From the UHGV virus genome UHGV-0716684: a stretch of DNA of 44,840 nt; one strand, 5' to 3'. The notes below the pieces were generated by a model. The model saw only the letters and a list, made by a program, of their open reading frames with translations. It made no database searches and was not told the origin of the DNA. Position 1 is the first letter of the stretch; each line of letters opens with the position of its first letter. This DNA comes from a virus. A program made the translations under genes and the position numbers. Positions 1 to 8,710 of the stretch are shown in pieces.

Positions 1-73
1 CACGGTCTTTTTCGCGTTCGAATACGTTAACCCATGCAGTGTTTACTTTACGCAGATTCAGTTTAATGCCCAT
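1..73 (-). CDS. hypothetical protein, 5-prime part only (N-terminus MGIKLNLRKVNTAWVNVFEREKDR; continues past window start)
   Basis: ATG at 73..71 on minus strand, 24 open codons to the window edge; promoter immediately upstream. Confidence 0.4.
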   Translation of the reverse strand, partial: MGIKLNLRKVNTAWVNVFEREKDR

Positions 74-127
74 CTTGATTTCTCGCTTTTAAGATTACTC
101 CGGGAAGCTGCCCGGCCAGTGATTAGA

Positions 128-156
128 ACTATAATAGCTAACTATTCAGATGTCAA
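128..156 (-). promoter_or_regulatory. sigma70-like promoter TTGACA-N17-TATAGT with operator-like GAATAG-N4-CTATT in the spacer
   Basis: Reverse complement of 128-156 reads TTGACAtctgaatagttagctatTATAGT; lies between two minus-strand genes. Confidence 0.5.
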
Positions 157-160
157 CACT

Positions 161-1423
161 TTATTCTAAATCTTCTTCACTAACCTTATTCCACTCAGGA
201 CGTTTGTCGTCCGCTGTTGTGACGCATGGCGCCCCCGGCTTACGTGTGATGAAGTCTTTCAGTTCTTCTTCTGGTATTACTTTAACCGCTTCGGTCGGCG
301 TCAGGAGCACTTCTTTAGTCAGCTTGTCGCCGTAGAGTTCTGCTACTTTCTCTGCGTCTTTCCACGCACGATTACCTGGGCGACCTTCCACCAGCTTGTA
401 CCCTGGCACTTTCTTACCGGAATGCAACGCAGCAGCCATAGCTTTTTCGACCTTATCGATGTGCTGGCGCAACAACGGCAACTTCTCATATTCAGCTACG
501 AGTTGCTCCGGCGTAAGTTCCAGCGCAAAGTCGTCCTCCAGTTCTTCGGCAAGTACAGAATTAACCGTCTTTGTACGCGCTGCGCACTGTTCAGAGAACC
601 GACACCACTGACAACCGTCGACAGACGGCTTAAAGTCCGACGCTTTCAGGTTCTTCTTGCCTCGGAAATACGCATCAAGGGCTAACAGTGCGCGTTTCTG
701 TGCGAACTTAGCGAACAGTTCCAGACCTTCAACCGAGATGTCCCACTCCGACGCGCCCCCGGCGTACGGCTGGAAGATGACCAGGCGCACTACTGATATG
801 TTATAACGTCTCTTGAGTCGGCGGTAAACACCGAGAGCGTAGAGCATAAGCTGCTTGTTTTCTTTCGCTTCGACATGATGCCGTCCTGTTTTCAGGTCGC
901 CGATAATGAGCATATGCTCGTCAGTGTTCGCCAGTTCCTGAACGGCAACAAGGTCAGCGGTTCCGAACGTCTCAACGCCTTCGTAACCCGGATGCAATAC
1001 CTCAGTAAGATTTACCCGCATTTCCAGCTTGGCGTAAGTCGCTACGTCGATAATCGCTTTGCAGTAGTCGGTGTACTTGCGCACCTGCTCAATCATGTCA
1101 GCCGTAATCAGTACCGCGCCTTTCATCTGGCTAATTAGCGCCTTAATCTGGCCTTTACCCTCGTCCAGCACGTAAGCGCCGACTTCACGCTCCAACGGCA
1201 ACGCAGTGCCGCGTATATAGGCGTTGAGATGGACCTCAGCTATGGTGTGCATGGCGGTTCCTGATACAGCGGCTTTACCCGACGTGTTAGGGATATCTTT
1301 TTCACACGCCAGCGACGCAGCGCATGACAGCCACTTTTTAGCGCCTGACGGTGACAGTAAGGCGTGTACATCATTATTGCCGCCTCGTTCTTTTAGTTTC
1401 ATGCTCTTAAACTCCCACCCCAT
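161..1423 (-). CDS. PD-(D/E)XK superfamily exonuclease (RecB/Cas4-like, DUF2800-like)
   Basis: 420 aa ORF; N-terminal HALLSPSGAKKWLSC motif, nuclease-core-like GTADLV / IIGDLKTG / QLMLYA segments, C-terminal cysteine cluster CQWCRFSEQC. Confidence 0.65.
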   Translation of the reverse strand: MGWEFKSMKLKERGGNNDVHALLSPSGAKKWLSCAASLACEKDIPNTSGKAAVSGTAMHTIAEVHLNAYIRGTALPLEREVGAYVLDEGKGQIKALISQMKGAVLITADMIEQVRKYTDYCKAIIDVATYAKLEMRVNLTEVLHPGYEGVETFGTADLVAVQELANTDEHMLIIGDLKTGRHHVEAKENKQLMLYALGVYRRLKRRYNISVVRLVIFQPYAGGASEWDISVEGLELFAKFAQKRALLALDAYFRGKKNLKASDFKPSVDGCQWCRFSEQCAARTKTVNSVLAEELEDDFALELTPEQLVAEYEKLPLLRQHIDKVEKAMAAALHSGKKVPGYKLVEGRPGNRAWKDAEKVAELYGDKLTKEVLLTPTEAVKVIPEEELKDFITRKPGAPCVTTADDKRPEWNKVSEEDLE

Positions 1424-1553
1424 TTAACTTTACGCGTTTTGCGCTTGTAGGCGCACGTGTCACCGCTACGGTTGAATATAATCAGCCAAGTCGAGTTGCT
1501 TACTCGAAAAGGCTGGTGACATTTAATAAAGAGAAGTCGCGCTTTACGGTTCG

Positions 1554-1703
1554 TCATTCTGCAATCTCCACAATACGCGCATTAGTGAAACTGCGTGCGA
1601 AGCCGAATGTGTAGAAGATGTACTGGGCTTCGTCCAAACGTGCGTAGCGGCTGTGTTCCTGGTCTTTACCGTCTATTTCTACAATTATCGCGTACCTTGT
1701 CAT
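1554..1703 (-). CDS. small hypothetical protein (49 aa)
   Basis: Hand-translated ORF MTRYAIIVEIDGK...; ATGA start/stop overlap with upstream gene; below ORF-track size cutoff. Confidence 0.3.
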   Translation of the reverse strand: MTRYAIIVEIDGKDQEHSRYARLDEAQYIFYTFGFARSFTNARIVEIAE

Positions 1704-1972
1704 ACCCTGCTCTCCCACTGGTCGATTAAATGTCGCGTCTTATGTTCGCAGTGCATAGCCCACCCATACATCGACTCAAAGACATAAAAGTCTGGCTTGG
1801 CGAATGTCGTGCGCTTAATCTGTGACACGTGACGGCCTATATCTTTAGGCCGCGGTACTTTGCCTAAGTAAGCCATCTCTTCCATCTGGTGCGCTCCGGA
1901 CGGCGCACGCAACAGCCATAGTGCCTCTGTGTTGTCCCGCCTGTCGACGGCGCGGTAGAGTTGGTAAATCAT
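1700..1972 (-). CDS. hypothetical protein
   Basis: 90 aa ORF in tightly packed minus-strand operon. Confidence 0.5.
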   Translation of the reverse strand: MIYQLYRAVDRRDNTEALWLLRAPSGAHQMEEMAYLGKVPRPKDIGRHVSQIKRTTFAKPDFYVFESMYGWAMHCEHKTRHLIDQWESRV

Positions 1973-2172
1973 TTCCTTACCCTCGCAGAATTAATCCACG
2001 TGAAAACATCGTCAATAGAAAAATCGCCGTCGAAAACCTTCTCAACTTTGCTGGCCTTCTTGACCGTCGTAGGGTGTTTGTTGTCTACCGCCTGAAATAC
2101 GTAAACCAAATCATTTTCAGCGACAACGCTGCCAGAAATCATAAGACCACTTTTCTTAGCTAAAATAGCCAT
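1969..2172 (-). CDS. hypothetical protein
   Basis: 67 aa ORF, start/stop overlap with neighbour. Confidence 0.5.
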   Translation of the reverse strand: MAILAKKSGLMISGSVVAENDLVYVFQAVDNKHPTTVKKASKVEKVFDGDFSIDDVFTWINSARVRK

Positions 2173-2183
2173 AATTCCGACCC

Positions 2184-2399
2184 TCAGTAGTACGGCGCAA
2201 ATTCACCTTTAACGGCGGGACGAATTGTATGTACCGCCGTTTTATCGGTTGGGTACATGTCCGCCCAATATTCGCCAGCGGCATAGTCAAGAGTCCCGCG
2301 CCACGCACCATTCAAAACAAAGAATTGCTGACAACCCACATATGAGTCACTTATTTCTACAACTATTTGTTCGTTTATTACTTTGTATACGTTACTCAT
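2184..2399 (-). CDS. hypothetical protein
   Basis: 71 aa ORF in operon context. Confidence 0.5.
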   Translation of the reverse strand: MSNVYKVINEQIVVEISDSYVGCQQFFVLNGAWRGTLDYAAGEYWADMYPTDKTAVHTIRPAVKGEFAPYY

Positions 2400-2442
2400 T
2401 ATTACGACCCTCAGTTAAAGCGGCCCGAAGGCCGCCAGATAA

Positions 2443-2943
2443 TTATTCTTCTTCGAAATACTTGTTCTTGATTGCTGTCAAGCGTTCCAGGTATTCAGCC
2501 AGGTCTTCGTCTTTAATCGCTGCAATCTTCATTTTCTTACCAGTGAACTCTTCCAGCAGTTCATCAGAATCGTCGCACGCGGCATCGCTAGGACCTTCAT
2601 TAATTGCATCGTCGATGGCCTGAATCTGGTCACGCAGAGACTTGTAATCGACTTCTTCTTTCTCTTCTTCCGGTTCTGGCGCAGGTTCCTCTACTTTAGC
2701 TTTACGCGGCTTGCGTTTTGGCTTCTCTTCCTCCGCCGGTTTAGTGTCAACTACGTCTTCACCTTCAACCGGGATTTCTTTTGTTGCTTCTTCAGCGCAC
2801 TCAGCTACCGCTTCTTTGGTGTACGATACCGTCTCTACTTCCAGCGGCGTGGCAACCTGAACAACTTGTTTCGCACTGTTCGCGGCAATCAGTTCATGTG
2901 CAACTACGAAACGTTCCAGCAATACTAAGAATTTCTCTAACAT
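2443..2943 (-). CDS. highly acidic low-complexity protein (E/K/P-rich linker)
   Basis: 166 aa ORF with long acidic stretches (EEEKPKRKPRKAKVEEPAPEPEEEKEE, DDSDELLEEF). Confidence 0.55.
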   Translation of the reverse strand: MLEKFLVLLERFVVAHELIAANSAKQVVQVATPLEVETVSYTKEAVAECAEEATKEIPVEGEDVVDTKPAEEEKPKRKPRKAKVEEPAPEPEEEKEEVDYKSLRDQIQAIDDAINEGPSDAACDDSDELLEEFTGKKMKIAAIKDEDLAEYLERLTAIKNKYFEEE

Positions 2944-2967
2944 TTGTTTCTCTCCTGTTTGTGTAAG

Positions 2968-3195
2968 TTACTCACCGTCGCCTTCAGTAAGGCTATCGTC
3001 TATTAGTTCAAATTTACCGTTTGAGTGTTGAATAGCTTCTTGCCCGCAATGGTCACAGACAACAAGTTTATCGAACCCATCAAACTCATCCCCTACTACG
3101 CAAGAAAGTACAAATTTATGTTTTGTGCACACTTCTTGCGGAGCGCCGAAAATTGCTCGAAAACCTTTAGCTATGGCCCCAGTGATTGTGTTCAT
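2968..3195 (-). CDS. small zinc-ribbon-like protein
   Basis: 75 aa ORF with C..H and CDHCGQ motifs; GAGGGG Shine-Dalgarno upstream; first gene after promoter at 3224-3252. Confidence 0.55.
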   Translation of the reverse strand: MNTITGAIAKGFRAIFGAPQEVCTKHKFVLSCVVGDEFDGFDKLVVCDHCGQEAIQHSNGKFELIDDSLTEGDGE

Positions 3196-3223
3196 ATCTG
3201 CCCCTCTCGTTTGGTATGGGCTA

Positions 3224-3252
3224 ACTATAATAGCGAACTATTCACATGTCAA
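3224..3252 (-). promoter_or_regulatory. sigma70-like promoter TTGACA-N17-TATAGT with GAATAG-N4-CTATT operator-like palindrome
   Basis: Reverse complement reads TTGACAtgtgaatagttcgctatTATAGT; near-identical to the element at 128-156; divergent from the HTH gene at 3317. Confidence 0.5.
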
Positions 3253-3316
3253 TGGGCTTTTCTAAAATAATTAATATGGTACTATTCACATATCAACTGA
3301 CTAAGGAGTAACTGAC

Positions 3317-3532
3317 ATGCAACCATCTGAACTAGGCATCCGTGTAGAGCAACGCCGTAAAGAACTCGGTATCTCCCAGCGCCGTCTGGCTGTTCTGGCC
3401 GGCGTTTCCCAGGGCGCGATTAACCAGCTTGCACTCGGGGTAACTCAGGACGTACGCCCGGCAACGCTGTTTAAACTGGCGGAAGTGCTGGAAGTAGACG
3501 CCAAGTGGCTGGCGCTAGGTGAAGGGGCGTAA
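3317..3532 (+). CDS. XRE/Cro-family helix-turn-helix transcriptional regulator
   Basis: 71 aa; HTH signature ISQRRLAVLAGVSQGAINQL; AGGAG Shine-Dalgarno; operator-like palindromes in its own upstream region. Confidence 0.8.
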   Translation: MQPSELGIRVEQRRKELGISQRRLAVLAGVSQGAINQLALGVTQDVRPATLFKLAEVLEVDAKWLALGEGA

Positions 3533-3548
3533 CGCCCCTTTCTTTTTA
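3522..3548 (+). terminator. rho-independent terminator (stem aggggcg / cgcccct, then T-run)
   Basis: GC hairpin whose loop is the TAA stop of the HTH gene, followed by tttcttttt. Confidence 0.5.
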
Positions 3549-3549
3549 C

Positions 3550-5772
3550 CTATTCCAAATCCTCCTCTGTCACCACCAGCATCTCATTTGGTTCGTATAG
3601 TGTCTTCGGCCTTAATCTATCACCTATTCTTTCGGGTATACGATATGTTCTCGGTACTACTTCGCCGTTAGCATCGCAACCAAGCATTAGTTCTCCATCT
3701 TTCAACATTTTATCAAGATGGGTGTTAGTCACAGAGAAGTCACCGGAACGAGCCACTATCTGCTGCTGAGTAAAACCGCGACCTGTGTCATCTGACTGTT
3801 GCAGGTCTTCCAGTGCCGAAAGTATTGACTCCTTCCTTACTTCATCCCTGCCGCGTTTAACTTCTTCCTTTACTTTTTGCTTACCTTCTTTCGTCAACCC
3901 TTCTTCCCGCTCTTTCTCCTCGTCAGTTTTGAACGGCTCGAAACCCCACGGCATCAACACAAGCGCCTTGTGTGGTTCAGGCAGGTCCAGGTTTACGATT
4001 GTGCCGTATTCCTCTGTGCTACCCAGGAACTCAACCGCTCGGTATTCTTTAGGCGGCGGCGCTTCACGGAACTGTACCGACTCCAGCACCATGCCAACCG
4101 TCTTCTGCTGAGGCCCGTGCTTGAATTTCGAGTGATATACGTTTATCTGACGGTCGGTTGCACGTTCGATTGTCAGTTCCACGTCAACACCCGCATACAG
4201 CGCCCCACTGCCGCGTGCTTTCTTTCCACCCTTCGGCGTATGGTGGACAACGCCTACTGCGGCTTTAGTTGCATCGCGTACTTCTTTCAGAATGGCGATA
4301 ACTTTACCCATGCCGATTGCTGTTGATGAACTGTTCTCGTCGAACTTATCAATCGTCAGTGCCAGGGTCTGGTTAAGGGTGTCGAACGCAACCATGCCAA
4401 TTGGCTCGTCGCCAGCAGTTTCGCGCATTAACTTAATCAGGCTTTTAAGTTTGCCGACTTCGCCCATATCGATGACGTGTACATAATCTTTACCTTCCCC
4501 GCCATATTTAGCCGCTAGTGCATCAATACGGGTGCGTGTAGCTGCGCCACCCTCACCATCAATATAGAAATGGTGGCAACGCTGGGTATCCGCCCCCGCA
4601 AACCTGTACCCGGCGGCGCTGAGGTACATCATCCCCAGCGTATAGAACGATTTGTACGTGCCAGATTCCCCGACGATATCCCAGATACAATCCGACGGCA
4701 TGTACCCCTCAACGACGAAATCAGCCTTTACCGGCTCCGGTAACTCGTCCTCCTCTGAGTCCTCGTCGTCTTCCAGGTCGTCGAGGCTGCAAGTTACTGG
4801 GTCCTCGTTCTCTGTGCGGTGTAGTTCTTCAATCTCTTCTTCCGGTAAATCAGGCAGAGCCGCACGAATGCTGTTAATGCTGATAGGTTGCTTATCTATG
4901 TTAAGCTCGTCGGGTAGGCCACACATACGCAGGGCCAAATGCTGCCTACGGTTAAGCTCGGTGCAAGCGCCGTTGTTTGTATGCTGGCAGACAAAGCGCA
5001 CTTCTTTACCGTCGAGCATTATGCTGGTGGAGCCCTTGCCTGTATGCAGATGTTCGTTAGGGCATGGCACTTCGTACCCGCGCCCGGAAGATAAAGCGTC
5101 AAGGCCAAGCTCGGCTTCGCAGAAGTGTGCTATATCCGCGTTAAGCCCATGCTCATCAGCGGCAAGTGTTTTAGCCTCACGCTTACGCAACCCCATCTCT
5201 TCGGCTTTCTTGATGTACCGCTCAGCACGGATAACACGCCCTTCTGTAACCGTTATCTTCGACTCTTTATGCGGCAGGTAGATAAGGCGGTTGCCGTCTT
5301 CTGTGCAGTGGTCGCGCAACGCTTCGTCTATTTCTAACTCTGCACAAATAGCACGTTGCACCATCCACGCGTCGTTAGAGTTAAACGGCGTGCGAGCTGG
5401 AACCAGAACGCGGAAAGCGTAATCTCCGTTTTTACATGCGTGCTGATGCGATGCCGTTGTGTGCAGAATATTGAAGAACGGCGCGTTCTTGAATTTGCGT
5501 GTCAGGTCGCGGTACTGAGTACGGTTGAGATGGTCGAAATCGAACTTAACCACACTGTCTTCCAGGATAGCGTTTTTACGGCGACCACCAACAGGCGCAA
5601 TAGCTTTCTGTTTAATCTTGGCAGCGTCGTACTCTTCCTTAGTCCATGACGGGTCCACGGATAAACGCTTCGATGTATCGCAGACATACTCGACAAACTG
5701 CTCCAGCGGCATTTCACGCGCTACAGGGTTTTTATCGAATGTGTTACGCAGCGTTGCAAAAACAATATTCAT
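3550..5772 (-). CDS. putative primase-helicase (primase-polymerase-like N-terminal domain, Zn-binding motif, C-terminal RecA/AAA_25-type ATPase)
   Basis: 740 aa; DFDH and SHQH motifs, CPNEHLH..C..C zinc motif, Walker A GESGTYKS, RecA-like C-terminal region. Confidence 0.7.
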   Translation of the reverse strand: MNIVFATLRNTFDKNPVAREMPLEQFVEYVCDTSKRLSVDPSWTKEEYDAAKIKQKAIAPVGGRRKNAILEDSVVKFDFDHLNRTQYRDLTRKFKNAPFFNILHTTASHQHACKNGDYAFRVLVPARTPFNSNDAWMVQRAICAELEIDEALRDHCTEDGNRLIYLPHKESKITVTEGRVIRAERYIKKAEEMGLRKREAKTLAADEHGLNADIAHFCEAELGLDALSSGRGYEVPCPNEHLHTGKGSTSIMLDGKEVRFVCQHTNNGACTELNRRQHLALRMCGLPDELNIDKQPISINSIRAALPDLPEEEIEELHRTENEDPVTCSLDDLEDDEDSEEDELPEPVKADFVVEGYMPSDCIWDIVGESGTYKSFYTLGMMYLSAAGYRFAGADTQRCHHFYIDGEGGAATRTRIDALAAKYGGEGKDYVHVIDMGEVGKLKSLIKLMRETAGDEPIGMVAFDTLNQTLALTIDKFDENSSSTAIGMGKVIAILKEVRDATKAAVGVVHHTPKGGKKARGSGALYAGVDVELTIERATDRQINVYHSKFKHGPQQKTVGMVLESVQFREAPPPKEYRAVEFLGSTEEYGTIVNLDLPEPHKALVLMPWGFEPFKTDEEKEREEGLTKEGKQKVKEEVKRGRDEVRKESILSALEDLQQSDDTGRGFTQQQIVARSGDFSVTNTHLDKMLKDGELMLGCDANGEVVPRTYRIPERIGDRLRPKTLYEPNEMLVVTEEDLE

Positions 5773-5897
5773 TTCTTTTTCTCCGCACGTTCTAAGGCTT
5801 CCTGCATACGGCGCATTGCGCGGTTCATCTTTACCGGCGCGAAGAAATCGGCGCCGTGTTTCTGTCGGCGCAGCTGTGGAACTATTAACTTCGTCAT
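5769..5897 (-). CDS. small basic hypothetical protein (42 aa)
   Basis: Hand-translated ORF MTKLIVPQLRRQKHG...; ATGA overlap with primase-helicase start. Confidence 0.3.
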   Translation of the reverse strand: MTKLIVPQLRRQKHGADFFAPVKMNRAMRRMQEALERAEKKK

Positions 5898-5966
5898 TGT
5901 ATAATCCTTGTGCTTACTTTGATGATTTGTGCTTTGGCCCCGACGTTCTTGCGTTGGGGTTTCTTT

Positions 5967-6257
5967 TTACCGTTTAGCCAACCCTTCCAGCAAATTTTTA
6001 TACTCTTCAAAATATTCCTCGACCAAATCATCGCCGAAATAGAAGTCGATATACTCGAGATTATCTCTTACGTTAAGCGATGCCGACATGGTGCTTAGTT
6101 GGCGTAAGCTAATTAGCTTCATTTCTGTTTCTACGCAGAAAGGCCGGTAGGTATCAAGATGGCAAGAGATATTGAAGCATAAAGCGAACTCTCCTGCCAC
6201 GGAGTGAACCATATACACTTCGTTTTCTGCTTTATTGTGGAAAATTACGCCTTTCAT
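5967..6257 (-). CDS. hypothetical protein
   Basis: 96 aa ORF. Confidence 0.5.
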   Translation of the reverse strand: MKGVIFHNKAENEVYMVHSVAGEFALCFNISCHLDTYRPFCVETEMKLISLRQLSTMSASLNVRDNLEYIDFYFGDDLVEEYFEEYKNLLEGLAKR

Positions 6258-6436
6258 TTCACGTTCTCCTTAATCCATGCTTCGACTTTATTACGGTCAA
6301 ATGTTCCCGGTAAACGGCGGCCCATAACCTTAATACAGCAGTCAGGGAATTTGCCGCTGCGCAACCAGTTATTAATTGTCTGACGTGTCACCCCGATACG
6401 TTCAGCTACTTCATTCTGCGTCATATAATGCGACAT
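6254..6436 (-). CDS. AlpA/excisionase-like small HTH DNA-binding protein
   Basis: Start placed at internal ATG (MSHYMTQNEVAERIGVTRQTINNWLRSGKFP...) preceded by GGAG; ORF track extends to 6550. Confidence 0.6.
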   Translation of the reverse strand: MSHYMTQNEVAERIGVTRQTINNWLRSGKFPDCCIKVMGRRLPGTFDRNKVEAWIKENVK

Positions 6437-6467
6437 TTTTATATCTCCTGTTTGTTTGGTGAAACTG

Positions 6468-6496
6468 AGTATAGGATAGCGGGAATGTAAAAGCAA
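6468..6496 (-). promoter_or_regulatory. candidate leftward promoter TTGCTT-N17-TATACT
   Basis: Reverse complement of 6468-6496; upstream of the AlpA-like gene. Confidence 0.4.
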
Positions 6497-6533
6497 CCAA
6501 TCTCTGTAATATTTAATCTTTACAAAAATGTTA

Positions 6534-6563
6534 TTGAAAGTTCTTGACACATGTTTGTATAAT
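6534..6563 (+). promoter_or_regulatory. candidate rightward promoter TTGAAA-N18-TATAAT
   Basis: Consensus -10 TATAAT at 6558-6563 with TTGAAA 18 bp upstream. Confidence 0.45.
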
Positions 6564-6762
6564 GGTTTTGGGACTTGTATATATTACGGAGTTGACGAAC
6601 CCTCCCCGAGGGATTCGTCAACCCCTCCCAGACAGCTGAGATGCTTGCCTTGGGGTTTAAGGATAAGTGTATCTAAATCTCATTTAAAGAAGTAACCCGC
6701 TGAAATATCTACTGTTTCTTAATGTGCCGTAGATTCGCAACCGTAAAAATGTAACGATTATT

Positions 6763-6789
6763 GGGCAGGCTTAAGCCTGCCCTTTAGTT
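6763..6789 (+). terminator. terminator-like hairpin (gggcaggc-ttaa-gcctgccc, then tttagtt)
   Basis: Perfect 8 bp GC-rich stem followed by a T-rich tract, inside the noncoding switch region. Confidence 0.4.
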
Positions 6790-6854
6790 ACCAAGTAATA
6801 AGAATAAAGGCACAACCCTCCCCGAAGAATCACAACGGCAACGTAACTATTCTC

Positions 6855-6883
6855 TTGCACACCCCAACATAATAGGTTACTAT
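6855..6883 (+). promoter_or_regulatory. conserved phage promoter TTGCAC-N17-TACTAT with AATAG-N4-CTATT operator-like palindrome
   Basis: TTGCACaccccaacataataggtTACTATtcac; near-identical copies at 20383-20411 and 29690-29718 (minus strand). Confidence 0.5.
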
Positions 6884-6917
6884 TCACTTATCGAAACGAG
6901 ACATAAGGAATTTAGAA

Positions 6918-7136
6918 ATGAACAAAGCGACCGCAAGCGTAGTTTCCGCAATCAAAGAAGTTTACGGCATCGATATCTCAGAGCGCGTAATTATCGGGAA
7001 CAAGCGCAACTTCTTTACGTTCGACACCGACGGAATGGATGAAAATGATTTTGTTAACGTACAACGTTTCGCTAACGGTAAAGGACTTCGTAACGAGCCA
7101 GCGGGTTACAAGAAATTTGCTATCTACTTTAAATAA
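6918..7136 (+). CDS. hypothetical protein
   Basis: 72 aa ORF; AGGAA upstream. Confidence 0.5.
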   Translation: MNKATASVVSAIKEVYGIDISERVIIGNKRNFFTFDTDGMDENDFVNVQRFANGKGLRNEPAGYKKFAIYFK

Positions 7137-7145
7137 GACAGAGGA

Positions 7146-7340
7146 GTGATGGTTATGTTTAAGAAGGGTCAGTTGGTTAAAACAAAACGCGGCGGACAGT
7201 ACGTAATAGTTACCCAGAATGAGGATGAATATAGTACCGCTGTAGACGTATGGGGTCTTGTACGAAAGAAACATGGTTACGCTTTCAGAGATAATTTAAC
7301 ACTCATCGGCAACAATTTTAAATTCAAAGGGGCGAAGTGA
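7146..7340 (+). CDS. hypothetical protein
   Basis: 64 aa ORF; GGAG upstream. Confidence 0.5.
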   Translation: MMVMFKKGQLVKTKRGGQYVIVTQNEDEYSTAVDVWGLVRKKHGYAFRDNLTLIGNNFKFKGAK

Positions 7341-7558
7341 TGATTAAGCTAGAGATTAAATCGAAAGAGACAAAACAAACCATAGCCAGTAAAGAATTCA
7401 ACAGTAAATCCGAAATCGGTCCCTGGCTAAAACAGTACGCACATTTGCGGACGGTTTACATCCTTCTGACGAAGGAAAGTGGTGTGGTCACTTTACTCGA
7501 ACCGGCATCGAATCATGATGCTCGTGCCGACGACTCTGAGGGAGGTTGCCGTGAATAA
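7337..7558 (+). CDS. hypothetical protein
   Basis: 73 aa ORF overlapping neighbour stop. Confidence 0.45.
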   Translation: MMIKLEIKSKETKQTIASKEFNSKSEIGPWLKQYAHLRTVYILLTKESGVVTLLEPASNHDARADDSEGGCRE

Positions 7559-7600
7559 GTTTGTTTTAATCATCAGCGCCGTTTATGTGGTGCACGCGTT

Positions 7601-7807
7601 GTGGAGGTTGGTATGAGTCCGTATAACGAATTCCGCTTACGCCGTCTGATTGGCGGTCTGCGCGCCGCCGAGTTTGGTGTTGAATGCTGGGAAAAGGCGA
7701 AGTACACCCCGTTGAAGTCGTGGCATTTGGCTCATGCTAAGGAGGTAGCACAGTACCGTGAGTACAAGTTAAACAGTTTTCTTAAGCACCACGGGGTTGA
7801 GTTATGA
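7601..7807 (+). CDS. hypothetical protein
   Basis: 68 aa ORF; start may be the internal ATG (MSPYNEF). Confidence 0.45.
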   Translation: MEVGMSPYNEFRLRRLIGGLRAAEFGVECWEKAKYTPLKSWHLAHAKEVAQYREYKLNSFLKHHGVEL

Positions 7808-7947
7808 GAGAAGCATTCGAACGGTGGGCCATCGTCGAGGGTCTGCCGGTTAACAAGGGTTCAAAGAAAGAGTACCTGAACGTTAAGACACGTCTCGCGT
7901 GGCGGGCGTGGAAAGCTGGTGTTCAAACTGCGATGAATACGAGGTGA
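7804..7947 (+). CDS. small hypothetical protein (47 aa)
   Basis: Hand-translated MREAFERWAIVEGLPVNKG...; ATGA overlap with upstream gene. Confidence 0.35.
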   Translation: MREAFERWAIVEGLPVNKGSKKEYLNVKTRLAWRAWKAGVQTAMNTR

Positions 7948-7950
7948 GAT

Positions 7951-8151
7951 ATGGGTGAGTGGATTAAGTGTAGTGAGATGCTGCCGGGCAACGGTAGTAC
8001 AGATAAAGAATTCCTGGTGTATGAAACGTTAAATAACGCAGTTCAACACGATTATTACATCGTTCCTGATGACGGGAGAAAGCCTTTCTGGAATCACTAC
8101 GATAAGTACGTGACTCACTGGATGCCGTTACCTGAGCCGCCGGAAGTGTGA
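7951..8151 (+). CDS. DUF551-like small protein
   Basis: 66 aa; N-terminal MGEWIKCSEMLP resembles the DUF551 pattern (M.EWI....LP). Confidence 0.45.
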   Translation: MGEWIKCSEMLPGNGSTDKEFLVYETLNNAVQHDYYIVPDDGRKPFWNHYDKYVTHWMPLPEPPEV

Positions 8152-8285
8152 TGTTCAATAGTTTGGGATTTTACTGAGTGACTTACGCTGCTACACAGCA
8201 GCGTACAACTTTAACTTAGTGTCGTCAAAAGGCGACACTTTCACCAAACGCAACAATCGAAGCGACTATTGCAGGAGACGCAACA

Positions 8286-8456
8286 ATGAAACTGAATGAC
8301 ATCGTAACCTGGACCGGTAGAAACGGAGAAAAGCGATTCGGGCTTATTGTTGCGTCAGACGGCAACAAGTACCGTGTTATGCGCTGGTGCCAGTGGGCCA
8401 GACGCCCGAGGTACTACTGGATTCGTGGCGAACGATTATCTTTAAAACACCAATAA
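8286..8456 (+). CDS. small hypothetical protein (56 aa)
   Basis: Hand-translated MKLNDIVTWTGRNGEKRFG...; AGGAG upstream. Confidence 0.4.
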   Translation: MKLNDIVTWTGRNGEKRFGLIVASDGNKYRVMRWCQWARRPRYYWIRGERLSLKHQ

Positions 8457-8463
8457 AATTTAC

Positions 8464-8492
8464 TTGCACACTAAGATAGAATAGGCTACTAT
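8464..8492 (+). promoter_or_regulatory. promoter TTGCAC-N17-TACTAT with GAATAG-N4-CTATT operator-like palindrome
   Basis: TTGCACactaagatagaataggcTACTATtcat upstream of gene at 8525. Confidence 0.5.
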
Positions 8493-8524
8493 TCATTTAC
8501 ACAGACGAGACAGAGGAAAACGAA

Positions 8525-8710
8525 ATGTTAGAAGTTAAAGTTACAAAAAGAGACAGTGAACTGACTAAAGGCATCTTCAAAGTAGGAACCGTTATAGACC
8601 TGGATTTAGATGACATGGTTGTGTACCACGGTGGGATTGAGTGGAACGTGGCGCGGACCGACAACGGCTTCAAGTTACCAGGAAGTGAGACTCACTTTGC
8701 AGCAGTTTGA
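8525..8710 (+). CDS. hypothetical protein
   Basis: 61 aa ORF; GAGGAAAA upstream. Confidence 0.5.
   Translation: MLEVKVTKRDSELTKGIFKVGTVIDLDLDDMVVYHGGIEWNVARTDNGFKLPGSETHFAAV

Noticed and set aside
150-335. 61-aa plus-strand ORF at the 3-prime end of the exonuclease gene
   Set aside because: Antisense to the exonuclease ORF, Ser-rich, and overlaps a minus-strand promoter; no support
3785-5717. Several 100-210 aa plus-strand ORFs (for example 3877-4326, 4652-5281) and a 71-aa minus ORF inside the primase-helicase gene
   Set aside because: Antisense or out-of-frame to a well-supported long gene, low-complexity Ser/Arg-rich translations, no RBS; treated as spurious
6544-6563. Perfect TTGACA and TATAAT hexamers
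   Set aside because: They are only 8 bp apart, so they cannot be a -35/-10 pair; TTGAAA at 6534-6539 with an 18-bp spacer was used as the -35 instead
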